Shown here: positions 28,852 through 39,810 of the stretch, piece after piece | Numbering within the stretch: position 1 is the first letter of the stretch | Layout of the letters: each line of letters begins with the position of its first letter | IMG/VR virus record: IMGVR_UViG_3300036846_000738 | Location: 1-64,000 of that record | DNA from: a virus | Reading direction: 5' to 3' (one strand) | Length of the DNA: 64,000 bases | Made by a program: the position numbers and the translations under genes | The notes under the pieces: model-generated | Database searches by the model: none | Told to the model about the DNA's origin: nothing | Seen by the model: the letters and a program-made list of their open reading frames with translations, nothing else

Positions 28852-30411
28852 TTACGCCCCGCCGCCCGCGGCGATCTGAAGACCGGTGATGCTGGCATCG
28901 ACACCGCGGTTGTACTGCAGGCGGAACTGAGCCAGCACGGCAAACACCCGGAGCTGGTTGATCAGATCGGGCGGATACAGCACGTTGACGCGGTTCGGGT
29001 TGTTGATGTCGCGCTCAACCAGCAGGTTGGACTTGAAGGCGGCGATGTTCTCCACCAGACCGTTGAACATGTCGACCCGGTATTCCGCGACCAGCTCCGC
29101 CTTGATCAGGCTCGGCGTGACGATGGCCTGACCCGGACCGAACCGCGTCCCGTCATCGGCGAGCTTGTGCCGCGGGAAGGCCGACGTGATCGCCTGCTTT
29201 TGATTGCGCAGCAGCCGCGCCAGCGTCGCCAGCGTCGTCACCAGCTCGTAGGCATCGTCGCCCTGACCATACAGATTGAGCTGATAGGTCGTGGTCTCTC
29301 GCAGGATCATCGGCAGATTATTGGCGTCGGCTTCCTGCGTCGCGATTCCCGTGCCAGCCAGCGTGTTCAGCTCCGGCCGGTTGAAGCGCTGATAGAGCGG
29401 CGCGGTCAAAATGCCAGTGAGTTCGAGCGTTTGCAGCGGTCGCGCCGGATCGTTGATCAGAGCGCGCTGCGCCTTGGCAGCGTAGGCGGCTGCCCACTCA
29501 TAATTCGGCGATGGCGATGCTGGCTCGACGGCCATGATCGAGGTGACCCCGCTGTTGCGGGTTGCACCGAATGTGATCAATGTCGGGTAGTCGCCACGTT
29601 TCGCCGAGAAGATGTGACCAAAGAGTTGACGCATCCAGCCCCATCGTCCGGTGTCGGTGAAGCCGTATTCCAATTCCCACGCCAGCAGCGTCGTCGAATC
29701 GGTCCATGGCAGCGCCACATACTCGAAAATTTTCTCGCCGAGATTGGCAATCGCATTGGTGAACACCGGAACACCAACGCCGCCGCTCAGCATGCCCAAG
29801 CCGGAATAGGTCATGGTGATGCCGGTCGGGAGTTCTTCGCTGCCGATGCGCCCGTAGTAGCTGTCGCTCATGGTGATGTCGTTGCCGCTGGCGCCCTTCC
29901 AGTTGCACGTCACCGTCACCGCGGTCGCGGTCGCAACCGCACTCACCGGGAAATCAAACTCGGCATTGATCGCCGCCGCAATCGCCGTGCAAATCGCGGC
30001 AATCGTATCGGACGCCCCGATGTTGACCGGCAGATGGTGGCCTCCGATGTAAAGATCGATGGTGCCAGCCTCATGGCTCCCGGCCGCCGTCGGCGTGATC
30101 GTGCCGAAAGCCGCGACGCCCGCGACCGGCTCCGCGACCGGCAGTCCCCAAACCTCATTCGCAAAATTGTTGGCGAAGAACGCAGCGAACATGTTCGAAA
30201 GCATCGAGCCTTCGCCGAATTGTTTGTCGGCCTGCGCCTGCGTCCCGATCGGAATGGCGACATCCGGCAGAGCGACGCCAGTCGTTAGCTTGATGCCGAC
30301 GAGCAGCGCGGGCTGATGAATGGTCCAGAGACCAGCCTTTGATGGGTCGACTTCGACCCAGTAAAGCGGGAGCCTCCAGTCGGCAGGTATGTTGGCAAAG
30401 CTAATTGGCAT
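28852..30411 (-). CDS. Tail sheath protein (Mu gpL-like)
   Basis: ISFANIP..RLPL...EVD, DPARPLQTL, KLADDGTRFGPGQAIVTP, PPDLINQLRVFA. Confidence 0.93.
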   Translation of the reverse strand: MPISFANIPADWRLPLYWVEVDPSKAGLWTIHQPALLVGIKLTTGVALPDVAIPIGTQAQADKQFGEGSMLSNMFAAFFANNFANEVWGLPVAEPVAGVAAFGTITPTAAGSHEAGTIDLYIGGHHLPVNIGASDTIAAICTAIAAAINAEFDFPVSAVATATAVTVTCNWKGASGNDITMSDSYYGRIGSEELPTGITMTYSGLGMLSGGVGVPVFTNAIANLGEKIFEYVALPWTDSTTLLAWELEYGFTDTGRWGWMRQLFGHIFSAKRGDYPTLITFGATRNSGVTSIMAVEPASPSPNYEWAAAYAAKAQRALINDPARPLQTLELTGILTAPLYQRFNRPELNTLAGTGIATQEADANNLPMILRETTTYQLNLYGQGDDAYELVTTLATLARLLRNQKQAITSAFPRHKLADDGTRFGPGQAIVTPSLIKAELVAEYRVDMFNGLVENIAAFKSNLLVERDINNPNRVNVLYPPDLINQLRVFAVLAQFRLQYNRGVDASITGLQIAAGGGA

Positions 30412-30462
30412 TTGGGTTTACTCCTATTGGGTTGTTGGTTTTGAAGCAGAGCCGATGCGCGG

Positions 30463-30876
30463 CTAGGCCGCGGGCGGCGGTTGCTGCTGCGATTTTGATT
30501 TCGAACCATTATCCTTCGGCTCGACCTTTCCTCTGCGGGCCGCAGCCTGTTCGCGGGCATTGAGCGACGGATCATCCGGAGCTGCATCGCCGGAGCCCGG
30601 ACCATCGGTCCGCACCGAGCCATCCGCGATACGACGCGCGGTGAAGCTGTCGTTGGGCCACTCGACCGCCTGATCGATGGTGTCGCGGAAGCGTGTCCCG
30701 TTGGCGTGCCGCAGCACTTCGCGCATGGTCTCGTTGGCAGCCCATACCTTGATCGTCGCGGAACGACCTTCCGCAACGACCCGTAATCGGCGTTGGCGTG
30801 CCTCGCGCAGCTTCGCGCGCGGATCGACTGGGGTCTGGTTGTTCTGATTCTGGTTGTTCTGATTATTGTTCGTCAT
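30463..30876 (-). CDS. Hypothetical protein preceding the sheath gene
   Basis: WPNDSFTARRIADGSV motif. Confidence 0.65.
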   Translation of the reverse strand: MTNNNQNNQNQNNQTPVDPRAKLREARQRRLRVVAEGRSATIKVWAANETMREVLRHANGTRFRDTIDQAVEWPNDSFTARRIADGSVRTDGPGSGDAAPDDPSLNAREQAAARRGKVEPKDNGSKSKSQQQPPPAA

Positions 30877-31549
30877 GGTCCTCGTCCTTTCGTTTGGTTT
30901 GCGCCGCCGTGAATAGATATTCCGCTCCGGTCTGGAGCCGCTGAGCCATTTCGTCTGCGGTGTCGCCCGCCTTGACGCCGGTCCGCACACCGATTTGCAA
31001 CAGATCGTCGGTGATGATCGGCGCGTAGTCGGCGCCGTACTTCACGGTGGCGTCGTACTGCATTTCGCCGATCGGCAATTCGTTGTTGAGCCCGGCGTTG
31101 CCGTAGACATGCCGTCGCGTTCCGCGCGAGACGCCTTCGATGCGGACATTGTCCGGGGTGCCGATGCCGCCGGGATAGGAGCGGGTGTCGAAGAAGTTCG
31201 TCAGGTAGGGATCACGCCACAACGTGTTCATGATGGTCCAGAACGCCTGATCGAGCTTGGCCTCGCAGGCCACCGGATCGTTGTTGACGACGATGACCGA
31301 GAACCCGAGCTTCAATAGATGCGTGAAGCGAATTTCGCCCGCGTTCAGATCGCCGTCCGGCGTCATGTCCTCGTTGACAAAGTAGACGCCGAGATACGGC
31401 AATTGCGCCGCCTGAATTTGCAGCGCCTTGTTCTTGCGCGCGGTGAATCCGGCAAAGAATGGCGTGCCGACCAGCTTGTCGAAAAACACGTCGCGGATCA
31501 CAAAGCTGAAACTTTGGACCTCCGTGATGGTGGGCGGCATCGCGTTCAT
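30863..31549 (-). CDS. Tail completion/terminator-like protein
   Basis: Gene position; LPYLGVYFVNE. Confidence 0.6.
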   Translation of the reverse strand: MNAMPPTITEVQSFSFVIRDVFFDKLVGTPFFAGFTARKNKALQIQAAQLPYLGVYFVNEDMTPDGDLNAGEIRFTHLLKLGFSVIVVNNDPVACEAKLDQAFWTIMNTLWRDPYLTNFFDTRSYPGGIGTPDNVRIEGVSRGTRRHVYGNAGLNNELPIGEMQYDATVKYGADYAPIITDDLLQIGVRTGVKAGDTADEMAQRLQTGAEYLFTAAQTKRKDEDHDEQ

Positions 31550-31911
31550 GATGGCCGCGCCGTCAACACCTTGCGCACCACCAATGTGGTTTCACCGCCT
31601 CCGTTAGGTTCGACGTTGATCACCTCGTAGATGCCAAGGTCGGGGCCGCCATCGGGATCGGCCGGGACGTGGATTTGATCAAGCTGCGATGGGATCACCG
31701 CGAATTCCTCGTCGCGCACATCGATGATGGTTTGCGCGTCGGAGACGATCGAGCCGTCTTCCGCCTGCACGTCGATCGGTCGGGTGCCATAAATGCCGCG
31801 CGCGGTGTAGGCAGGCAGTCCCATCTGCGAGGCCAGCGGCATCACAGTGATCGGGCGCGCAAACATGTCGTAATTCGGCAGATAGACCAGCGTCGAAAAA
31901 TTTACAGCCAT
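31546..31911 (-). CDS. Head-tail joining protein
   Basis: Gene position; small beta-rich protein ending GGGETTLVV. Confidence 0.6.
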   Translation of the reverse strand: MAVNFSTLVYLPNYDMFARPITVMPLASQMGLPAYTARGIYGTRPIDVQAEDGSIVSDAQTIIDVRDEEFAVIPSQLDQIHVPADPDGGPDLGIYEVINVEPNGGGETTLVVRKVLTARPS

Positions 31912-32261
31912 GTCATGGCCTCCCCGCACATTTCCACCATGCGGTCTCGCAGTTGCTGGAATAATTCCGGGCGCAGGATCGGCCGGTGGTGACCGCCCGG
32001 CCGCCCGGCCGCGATGCGGGCTCGCCTGCGAACTGATTTGCGAGCTTCGGGCTTGTCCCTGCGCAATCGCGACCGCGGATAAATCGTGGTCGAGACCGAC
32101 AGCCCGCTGCCTTCAACCTTCGGGAAGTGACGATGCAGGTCGTCCCGCTGCCACACGAGGAAGGTGTTCGAGGTTTGCTGTTCTAAATCCGCCAATCGCC
32201 GCGCAATCTCGTCGAGCTGCTTCAGCGCCCCGTCGGCGTCGACGGTGATCTCGAATGGCAT
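31902..32261 (-). CDS. Neck-region hypothetical protein
   Basis: Gene position and operon overlap. Confidence 0.55.
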   Translation of the reverse strand: MPFEITVDADGALKQLDEIARRLADLEQQTSNTFLVWQRDDLHRHFPKVEGSGLSVSTTIYPRSRLRRDKPEARKSVRRRARIAAGRPGGHHRPILRPELFQQLRDRMVEMCGEAMTWL

Positions 32262-32269
32262 GGGGCTCT

Positions 32270-32884
32270 TTAGACCCAGTACCGGGTGAAGGCCGACAGC
32301 ACGGCCTCGACCGACGCGGGCACGCCGAGGCGATTGGCGGCGGTCCCGCCCAAGGTCGGCGTGTGGAACATGACGCGGCTTTCCTTGTGCGAGATCATGC
32401 GAACGCCGGTGACCTGAACCATCGCCAGTTGCGCCTTCCACGACGCCGCCATCAGGGTCAGGGCTTGCTTGAGCGCCAGCGGCGCATCATCGGGCAATTT
32501 ATAGCCGCCGGTGTAATGCACGATGATCGGCTCGTTACGGGCGGTGAAGATCGACAGCTTGCCGGAGGCTTCCTCCAGCTCATAATCAATCCGGTCTTCG
32601 CCGTTGGTCGTGACGCTCACAATGTCTTCCGCGAGGACCGGCCAATGCGAGAGATAAACCCGGCGGCTGCCAAGACAGCGCCACGTCTCTTCGACTTCTT
32701 CCTTGGCGAATACCCGATTGCACCACTCCGAGATCGTTGCCGAGTTGGCTTCGATTATCCATGTCCACTGATCGTCGGTGGCCGGAGTGCCGGTCGGCGC
32801 GCCGAGCGCTGTCTTCAGCTCGGCGAGCGTCATCAGTGCGAAGCTGTCCGCTGGCGTGAGAATTTTTACGCTGACATCCGCCAT
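32270..32884 (-). CDS. Head-tail connector (HK97 gp6-like)
   Basis: LMTLAELKTALG, YTGGY..P..P..LKQA. Confidence 0.75.
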   Translation of the reverse strand: MADVSVKILTPADSFALMTLAELKTALGAPTGTPATDDQWTWIIEANSATISEWCNRVFAKEEVEETWRCLGSRRVYLSHWPVLAEDIVSVTTNGEDRIDYELEEASGKLSIFTARNEPIIVHYTGGYKLPDDAPLALKQALTLMAASWKAQLAMVQVTGVRMISHKESRVMFHTPTLGGTAANRLGVPASVEAVLSAFTRYWV

Positions 32885-32888
32885 GCGC

Positions 32889-34286
32889 TCACCTCACCTC
32901 CATCTGGAACTGTTCGAACAGCGAGCGCAGCTCCAGCGGCGGGCCTTCGCGGCCGTCCGACATGACTGGCACCGCGATGTAGTTGTCGCGGTCGAGCTGC
33001 CATTTCATGATCGTCACCGGAATGCCGGAGGTGCCTTGCAGGCCGCGTTCACCGCGCTCGCCCTTCGGGCCGCTCTTGCCCTGCGAGGCAATCAACTGCC
33101 ACCCGTCGCCCGGACATGGTCCCGGATTGTCGCGCTTGGCGATGAAGCTGCCGCCGTTGAGCGCCACGATGCTCAGCTTGCGATAAGTCGTGGTGTCCTT
33201 GAACAGGCCGCAAATTTCCGGCGAGCGCCCGTCCTCACCATCCGCGCCTGCGCGCGCGATGCAAACCCAGTCCTTGCTGCTGACCGGCGCGTCCGCCGTG
33301 TCGCGCACCGCCTGATAGGTGGCACCGCCATCGGTCACCACGTCGTTGGCGTAGTGAACACCGGGCTCCCAGATTTTGACGCGCGGGAGCGCTCCCATCA
33401 GGCCGCGCTCGCCCCGCTCACCGGGCTGGCCCGGCTCACCGCGTGCTCCGGGTACCCCCGGCTCGCCACGTAGTCCCATTTTTCCGATCTCGCCGGGCAG
33501 ACCGCGCTCGCCACGTTCACCGCGTTCGCCGCGCTCGCCCTTGATGCTCAATCCTTGCTCGCCGTGGTCGCCCTTCTCGCCGCGTTCGCCGCGTTCGCCG
33601 ACGTCGCCGGGCAGACCGCGCTCGCCTGTAAGTCCGATCGGTCCGGTTGCACCGGGAACACCGGGTGATCCGGGAACACCGGGCGATCCGGGTTCGCCAG
33701 CGGGGCCGGGCTCACCGACGTCGCCGCGCTCACCGCGTTCGCCTGTAAGTCCGATCGGTCCGGCCGCGCCGGGTTCACCAGCAGGACCGGGTTCGCCAAT
33801 GGGACCGCGCTCACCGGCGGGGCCGGGCTCACCATCCTTGCCGGGCTCGCCAGCGGGGCCGGGCTCACCATCCTTGCCATCCTTGCCGTCCTTGCCGGGC
33901 TCGCCGATTGGGCCGGGTGGTCCGGCGAAGCCGGGCGGCCCGAGCGGTCCGGGCTGGCCAGCCGGACCCGCCTTGCCGATCTCGCCCTGCAGGCCACGTT
34001 CGCCGCGCTCACCGCGTTCACCGGCCGGACCAGTCGCCCCGTCGCGCAATTCGGACAGTCGGTCGCCAACCATTTTCTCGACCATGGCGCGCAGCTCGAC
34101 GATCTGCGCACGCAGCTCGGCGATCGTGAGCTTGCCCTGCGTTTCCATCAGCTCGCGCTCGCGCGTCCACTGCTTGCGACTCGACGAAATTACCTGCCCG
34201 AGGGCATCGCGAAGCGCGTCAAGGGTTGCTTCGGTCATGATGGTCTGCGCGGGCGAGAAGGGCTCGATATTCGCTGGCAACGACAT
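32889..34286 (-). CDS. Collagen-like virion protein
   Basis: Long Gly-X-Y tract; C-terminal W..G..Y...DVV..GG.Y module. Confidence 0.8.
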   Translation of the reverse strand: MSLPANIEPFSPAQTIMTEATLDALRDALGQVISSSRKQWTRERELMETQGKLTIAELRAQIVELRAMVEKMVGDRLSELRDGATGPAGERGERGERGLQGEIGKAGPAGQPGPLGPPGFAGPPGPIGEPGKDGKDGKDGEPGPAGEPGKDGEPGPAGERGPIGEPGPAGEPGAAGPIGLTGERGERGDVGEPGPAGEPGSPGVPGSPGVPGATGPIGLTGERGLPGDVGERGERGEKGDHGEQGLSIKGERGERGERGERGLPGEIGKMGLRGEPGVPGARGEPGQPGERGERGLMGALPRVKIWEPGVHYANDVVTDGGATYQAVRDTADAPVSSKDWVCIARAGADGEDGRSPEICGLFKDTTTYRKLSIVALNGGSFIAKRDNPGPCPGDGWQLIASQGKSGPKGERGERGLQGTSGIPVTIMKWQLDRDNYIAVPVMSDGREGPPLELRSLFEQFQMEVR

Positions 34287-35646
34287 CGCTGTAGTCCTTT
34301 GCCGAAGTGGGCGGCTGTGGCAGCTTTGGCGGCGGCTTCTCTGTCGCGGCGCCCGGTGGTTGAGGTGGTGCGCCCGGCGACGCTGGTGCCGCGGGAATAG
34401 CGGCGGCAGCCGACAGCGGAACCACCTGTTGCTGGACGCGGGGTTCGTCACCAAACTTGACCTCGTCCAAACTCTCCGAGGCCCGCGCTTCATTCGGCGA
34501 GAAGATGCCGCCCTGCACCGCGCGCGCCAGACCTTCGATGCGGTCCTTGAATGCAGATCGGAGCAGCGCCTTGGTATCGAACTCGACATACTCGTCGGGC
34601 TGGCCGTCGAGATTGAACAGCAGGCCGAAAGCGTCCTCGATATGATTGAGCGCAAAGCCGAGGCCGGAGGCGACCCACGACTGCATCAGCGCCTCGGTCG
34701 ATCCAAACGGCGCGCCACCAATGCCAAGAATTTGCAGCGGCACCCGGAACGCCAGCGCAATGCGCTGCTCGGTCATCTTCATGACCTCGGCCAGCTCGGC
34801 ATCCTTGGGCGCCGTCGATAGCGGCAATGGTTTGAGCCCCGCCGTCAGGATCGGCGTGCCGCCCTGCTTGAGGCCTTTTGATTGCTCGTCCCAGCGGTCA
34901 CGAACAAACTGCAATTGATCCTTGTCGAGTACGAGGTCGGTGCCGAGCACGAACGAAGGTCTCGCTTGGTTCAAGTAGAACGCAAGCTGTTGCGCTGTCA
35001 TCGCCGTCGACGCCGCGATGTCCTGCAGCGCCGCTCCGACCGGAGTGTCGCCAACGAGTGGGAATGGATAGCGGCGCCGGGTCGCGTTCAGCCTGACATG
35101 CAGCACGTCGCGCTGCGGCACCAGCAGTTGTTCCTTGACCTGCCTGTCGATGACGGAATTGCCGCCGAGATAATAAAATACATCGCCGGTGACCGCGATC
35201 TGCGGATGACTCTGGCGCGGGTCCATCAGATGCAATTCATCGATCTCAAAGCGGTCGTTGCGCAGGGCGAGCGCGTAGGCATTGCCTTCCGAGTACAGCG
35301 AGCGCGTCAGGTTCAGCATGAAGTCTGACGGCGACTGGTAGCTGTTCGGGTAGCGCAGGATGCGCGCCAGCGCCGAATTGGTGACGCGATCGCGACCGTT
35401 CTTCTTGTTCAGCCGCCAATGATCACCGGGGCACATCGCCACCGTCTGCGCATAGGCCGACAAACACGCCTCGACCATCGCCGAGCTATCGAGCCCGGTT
35501 TGAGGGACGGTGCCTTCCTGCCACCAATTCCACGGCGATCCGGCGGGCAACCACCCGCCGGTCACCGGGAGATAGTAGGGGCCGGGATTGACCTCGCCCT
35601 CGCCCTTGGTCAGGAGCGGGCGAAATATCCGCGACAGCAAACCCAT
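34219..35646 (-). CDS. Portal protein (HK97-like)
   Basis: [30 protein letters not shown]. Confidence 0.9.
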   Translation of the reverse strand: MGLLSRIFRPLLTKGEGEVNPGPYYLPVTGGWLPAGSPWNWWQEGTVPQTGLDSSAMVEACLSAYAQTVAMCPGDHWRLNKKNGRDRVTNSALARILRYPNSYQSPSDFMLNLTRSLYSEGNAYALALRNDRFEIDELHLMDPRQSHPQIAVTGDVFYYLGGNSVIDRQVKEQLLVPQRDVLHVRLNATRRRYPFPLVGDTPVGAALQDIAASTAMTAQQLAFYLNQARPSFVLGTDLVLDKDQLQFVRDRWDEQSKGLKQGGTPILTAGLKPLPLSTAPKDAELAEVMKMTEQRIALAFRVPLQILGIGGAPFGSTEALMQSWVASGLGFALNHIEDAFGLLFNLDGQPDEYVEFDTKALLRSAFKDRIEGLARAVQGGIFSPNEARASESLDEVKFGDEPRVQQQVVPLSAAAAIPAAPASPGAPPQPPGAATEKPPPKLPQPPTSAKDYSDVVASEYRALLARADHHDRSNP

Positions 35647-35964
35647 TCAGGTTGTCGTCGCTGGCTTTGGCGTCGAGGCTCGCGTGGCGTAGCCGCCACT
35701 CGACGGCTTCGCCGCTTCCGACTGCCGGGTGACCTGCATCCGAAATTCCGGCTGCGGTCCGCTGCCGTCATCCTCGTGCTGTTCAAACGGCACGCCGAGC
35801 GCAGCGAGATCGTTTTCCTCCTGCGTCGGGGTTGGCCTTCCCTGATGGGCATAGGCCTCCTCGACTGACTTGGCTTTTGCTTCGGCGCTTTGCTTGACCT
35901 GCTCTTTGGCGTGCGCGGTCGCCTGCTCACGGTTCTGTGCATTTGGGTCTTTTGGGTCCGCCAT
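35647..35964 (-). CDS. Hypothetical protein between capsid and portal
   Basis: AAGGA RBS; PTPTQEENDLAALG. Confidence 0.65.
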   Translation of the reverse strand: MADPKDPNAQNREQATAHAKEQVKQSAEAKAKSVEEAYAHQGRPTPTQEENDLAALGVPFEQHEDDGSGPQPEFRMQVTRQSEAAKPSSGGYATRASTPKPATTT

Positions 35965-36040
35965 AGGATGTTCCTTTTCGGGTGTCTGTAGAGTTGAAGG
36001 GGTGAAGCCCGGCGCGCGGCCGGGCTTCGGGTTTGTCAAC

Positions 36041-38275
36041 TCACCAAGTAACGCCAGCGATCCACGCCACGACGCCGGAGCGCCGCATCGTCCAGTTCAG
36101 CGGCAGAATGAGCCGCAACGCCAGCGAGTCGGTCTGGAACATCGACATGGCCGGAGCTGCTACAACTGGCGGAGTGCCAACCGAGGCGAGCTGCAGCGGG
36201 TTGGTGTCTTCCATGTGCAGCGTGGCCTGATCACTGATCTCGAACCGCGGAGCATCGCCCGCGACCGAGACGTAGTCGGCCGCATCAAGACAGATCACTG
36301 TGCCAAGCGGCACCGTGCCGGACTGGATCAGCGGCCTGCCATTCAGTTTGCCCGCGTTGATTTCCTCCCGGAACGGGAACAGCCCGGACGGATTCGGCGG
36401 CTGAATGAACCCGATCGAAAGCGCCTGTTGCGGGTTCATGATGAAGACCATGTTGCGGATGTTTCCGTTGGTGGCCGTCAGAATGGCGCCGCTCAGTTGC
36501 TTGAGATCGCCGACGAGGGCAGCGAAGGCCCCGTTCGTGATCGGCGTGGGTGTCAGACCAGACACGCCGTTGCGCAGACCGGGCGGCCGAATCGCGGTCG
36601 CTGGGTTGACATCGAGCAAGACGGTGTCGATCGAGACCGCGGTGTCCTGCTGAATGGCGTCACGCAGCAGTCCTTCAATGGCGGGCACAGAGTGCTCATC
36701 CATCTCCCTAGTCCACGTCGATATGACGGCCATTTTCTTGGGCGTCAGCGTCTGGCTGGCGAACCCCGCCTGACGCACCGGAATCGGCGCGCCTTCGCCG
36801 ACGAACGATCCGGCGACGGTGGGGGTCAGATTGCGGGTCGGAATGATGATCCGACCATTGCGCCCGAAGCTGAGCTTCAGCCCCAGCGCCGACAGCGACG
36901 GGAAAACCGAAGCCGGGAGCAGGGTCGGCATCAGATCGGTGACAATCTGCTGCACCAGTTCCGCGGCCCAGCCCGAGACCGTGGTCATCGCCGGAGCGGA
37001 TGCCGCTTTCAGGGTCAGGTCGCAAACCGCCTTGGTGGCTTCGTCGTCGCCATAGATTTTCTGGCGGGCTTCGTCGATCGAGACGTTCATCGAGCGCGCC
37101 ATCGCGCGAACGGTGCCCGCCCGAACCAGAAACTCAAGCGGCTCCAACTTCTTCGGCGGCAGACTGAACGGCCGACGCTCGCCGTTCCGGAGGACGACGC
37201 TGTGGGTCGGCTGATGCTCATCGTCTTCGATGGATTTCGCCGCCCGGAGTTCGGATTGCTTCAGCGTGGTGTAGAGTTCGTCCTGATCGGCAATCCTCTT
37301 GTTGATTTCCTTGGTGGTTTCGAGATCGGCGTCGGTGACGTTGGCATCGTCAACCGCTTCCAGATGCGCCATCAACTGATCGCGCAATTGGACTAGCCGC
37401 TGTTCGCATTCCTGTATTCTTTTCGTGAGGGGTGACATTGTCCTGTTCTTTCTGACAGGAGACGTTTCGGCTTGCCCGCCGTTCGAACCGCGGCGACCGA
37501 CGACGCTTAGGTCTTTTTTGTTGCCTTGCTCGGCAAAGACCCTGTCGATGGTGTCACGGGAGATGTTGAGCGACTTTGCAATCGCTAATGCATTCGGATT
37601 GGCCGGGATCGCGACCAGTGAGGTCTCGACCAGTTCGGTTCGCTTGAAGCGCAGACCGTCGCCGTTCTTGGTCAGCGGCTCGGATTGCTTCGGCACAAAA
37701 CCGACCGACACGGCGCGCAGCACGTTCTGCTCGACCAGCGAGATGATCTCGTTGATCCGGGCCGACGTTCCTTTCTTGGCGAGCTGCAGATGGCCGCGCA
37801 GTGCGCCGTTGACGGTCCGCAAATTGCGCCATGTGCCGATCGGGAAATCGCTGCGGTGATTAAACAGCGCCACCGGGTTTTTCTTGAAATTTTCCAAATC
37901 CCAACCCTCGGCCTCGATCACATCGCCCATCCGATCCGGCGTCGCGTCGGACAACACAAATTCGAGACCGTTGCCTTCGGAGACGTGGGTCTTGTGCAGC
38001 ACCGCGCGGGCGCCAGTGCGCTCCTCCCATGCCAGTTGGCAGGCGTCCTCGTCGCCATCTTCGGCCATGCAACGATCCATGAAGTCCTCTTGGCTTTCGT
38101 CATCTTCCGGCGTGCATTGCTTGGTCAGGGCCTTGTCCTTGTTGCGCCAGATGTCGAGACAGATCGCGACCGCCTGATCCTGCGGACGCTTGCTGTCGCC
38201 GGTGCCGATCATCTCGGGCACACACCTCGCGCTGAACTCTGATTGGCTTTCGCCCGGCTTCGGTTTCATTGGCAT
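36041..38275 (-). CDS. Prohead protease-major capsid protein fusion (HK97 fold)
   Basis: DRMGDVI, NPVALFNH, SVGF, ETSLVAIPAN protease motifs, then coiled coil and VGEGAPIP...SMFQTDSLALR capsid motifs. Confidence 0.92.
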   Translation of the reverse strand: MPMKPKPGESQSEFSARCVPEMIGTGDSKRPQDQAVAICLDIWRNKDKALTKQCTPEDDESQEDFMDRCMAEDGDEDACQLAWEERTGARAVLHKTHVSEGNGLEFVLSDATPDRMGDVIEAEGWDLENFKKNPVALFNHRSDFPIGTWRNLRTVNGALRGHLQLAKKGTSARINEIISLVEQNVLRAVSVGFVPKQSEPLTKNGDGLRFKRTELVETSLVAIPANPNALAIAKSLNISRDTIDRVFAEQGNKKDLSVVGRRGSNGGQAETSPVRKNRTMSPLTKRIQECEQRLVQLRDQLMAHLEAVDDANVTDADLETTKEINKRIADQDELYTTLKQSELRAAKSIEDDEHQPTHSVVLRNGERRPFSLPPKKLEPLEFLVRAGTVRAMARSMNVSIDEARQKIYGDDEATKAVCDLTLKAASAPAMTTVSGWAAELVQQIVTDLMPTLLPASVFPSLSALGLKLSFGRNGRIIIPTRNLTPTVAGSFVGEGAPIPVRQAGFASQTLTPKKMAVISTWTREMDEHSVPAIEGLLRDAIQQDTAVSIDTVLLDVNPATAIRPPGLRNGVSGLTPTPITNGAFAALVGDLKQLSGAILTATNGNIRNMVFIMNPQQALSIGFIQPPNPSGLFPFREEINAGKLNGRPLIQSGTVPLGTVICLDAADYVSVAGDAPRFEISDQATLHMEDTNPLQLASVGTPPVVAAPAMSMFQTDSLALRLILPLNWTMRRSGVVAWIAGVTW

Positions 38276-38326
38276 CGCAAATTCCTCCACGCTTTCAGTG
38301 GGTTGGTATCATGTGCGAAAAGTCTG

Positions 38327-38369
38327 ATATGACCCCTTGACGTATAGGCCGAAATGGCCTACATCAGGG
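38327..38369 (+). promoter_or_regulatory. Cassette repeat R4
   Basis: TTGACG 38337-38342, 17 bp, TACATC; TAGGCC-GAAAT-GGCCTA. Confidence 0.85.
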
Positions 38370-38384
38370 TTGAAAGGAAACCTG

Positions 38385-39182
38385 ATGACGCTGTTCAATC
38401 GCCACGGCCAAGAACATCACGGCCCGCACGCGCTCGACGCCAAGGGCGCCGCCTACATCGTTCGCGCCCGGCTGTGCAGGCGGTGCGGTGGCGCTGGCGG
38501 CTCCGAGGCTTGGCGCCACACCGGCTACACCTGCTACGATTGCGGTGGCCGCGGGTCCTGCGGCACTGAAACCGTCAAGCTCTACTCGGCCGAGCAACTG
38601 GCGAAGCTGAACGCCCGCAAGGCCAAGGCGGACGCCAAGCGCGCCGCCGCCGCCAAGGCCAAGGCCGACAAGGCCGCCGCGGAAGCCGCGGCCAATGCGG
38701 AAGCCTTCCGCGCCGCGCACGCCGAGCTGATCGCCAAGTCGGCGCCTCACATGGCCAACGAGTTCATCGGCGACGTGATGGGCCGGGCGCTGGCGAAAAA
38801 CGACATCAGCGAAAAACAGGAGGCCGCGGTCCTCGCTGCGGTTGAGCGGATCGAGGCGCGGGCGGTCGTGGCCGCCGCATCCAACCATGTCGGCACGGTC
38901 GGCAAGCGGTTCGATGTCGCGGTCACGGTCGACCGGGTCGCCTCTTTCGCCCGGCCCGCGTTCCGCGGCTACGGCGCCATGGAAACGGTCTGGATCGTCA
39001 CCATGCGCGACGCCGACGGCAACGCGATCGTCACCAAGTCCTCGGTGTTCTCTCCGGAAAAGGGCGAGCGGTTCACGCTGCGCGCCACGGTCAAGGAGCA
39101 CTCCGAGTACAACGGCGAAAAGCAAACCATCGTCAACCGGGCAAAGATTATTGAGCCCGCAACAGGAGGAAGTGTGAAGTGA
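38385..39182 (+). CDS. Zn-finger plus OB-fold-like protein
   Basis: CRRCGG...CYDCGG; C-terminal VGTVGKR...ATVKEHSEYNGEKQT. Confidence 0.75.
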   Translation: MTLFNRHGQEHHGPHALDAKGAAYIVRARLCRRCGGAGGSEAWRHTGYTCYDCGGRGSCGTETVKLYSAEQLAKLNARKAKADAKRAAAAKAKADKAAAEAAANAEAFRAAHAELIAKSAPHMANEFIGDVMGRALAKNDISEKQEAAVLAAVERIEARAVVAAASNHVGTVGKRFDVAVTVDRVASFARPAFRGYGAMETVWIVTMRDADGNAIVTKSSVFSPEKGERFTLRATVKEHSEYNGEKQTIVNRAKIIEPATGGSVK

Positions 39183-39472
39183 TCAAGGTCAAATATTCCA
39201 GCGTCGACGGCTACCGCAAAGTGAAGTCATTCAAGACGCTCAAGGGCGCGCGCAAGTACGCGCAATTTATGATCGGCAAGAACCCCGACATGGGCAGCAG
39301 CTATGCCGTCAGCAACGACGGCATCGGCAAAATCGAAATCGGCGCCGGGGCCGCGCTGGCCGATTTGTTCGGCGACGAGCGCGAGGGCGAAGAGGCTCCC
39401 GGTTTCGACAGCCCGCGGGCGCCGGAATGGACTGGCTTCGATAGTTCCGAAATCGACATCACGGAACCGTGA
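39179..39472 (+). CDS. Hypothetical protein
   Basis: AGGAGG RBS; stop abuts R5. Confidence 0.7.
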   Translation: MIKVKYSSVDGYRKVKSFKTLKGARKYAQFMIGKNPDMGSSYAVSNDGIGKIEIGAGAALADLFGDEREGEEAPGFDSPRAPEWTGFDSSEIDITEP

Positions 39473-39473
39473 T

Positions 39474-39548
39474 ATACGTCCTCTTGACGTATAGGCCGAA
39501 ATGGCCTACATTAGGCCTGTTGGGAACGGGCGATTAGCGCCGGTTCCC
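39474..39548 (+). promoter_or_regulatory. Cassette repeat R5 plus leader hairpin
   Basis: TTGACG 39484-39489, TACATT 39507-39512; hairpin GGGAAC...GTTCCC 39522-39548. Confidence 0.85.
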
Positions 39549-39562
39549 GGAAAGCCCCAACC

Positions 39563-39721
39563 ATGAAACACGCCGTGATGACCCTCGCCGCCCTCGAAGC
39601 CGCGCTCTACGCGCTCTACGCCACGGCCAGCCTTGAAGAGGCGGTGCTCGCCTACCGCGCCGAGCTGGCCCACGAATACCGCGCCCGGACCGGAACTTGG
39701 TTTGCTGCCCGTTATTACTGA
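39563..39721 (+). CDS. 52-aa cassette protein (not in ORF track)
   Basis: MKHAVMTLAALEAALYALY...FAARYY; stop overlaps R6. Confidence 0.6.
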   Translation: MKHAVMTLAALEAALYALYATASLEEAVLAYRAELAHEYRARTGTWFAARYY

Positions 39722-39791
39722 TACGACCTCTTGACATATAGGCCATAATGGCCTACATTGAACCTGTAGGGATCGCGATGGTCGCGGCCCC
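39721..39791 (+). promoter_or_regulatory. Cassette repeat R6 plus leader hairpin
   Basis: TTGACA 39731-39736, TACATT 39754-39759; GGGATCGCGA-TGG-TCGCGGCCC. Confidence 0.85.
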
Positions 39792-39810
39792 GGAAAAACG
39801 AAAGGACCCC

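Noticed and set aside
33376-34821. Long plus-strand ORFs opposite structural genes (also 22418..24010, 28843..30288, 35870..37396, 49327..51378, 56206..57996)
   Set aside because: Antisense shadows of GC-rich or repetitive genes, with no recognisable motifs.
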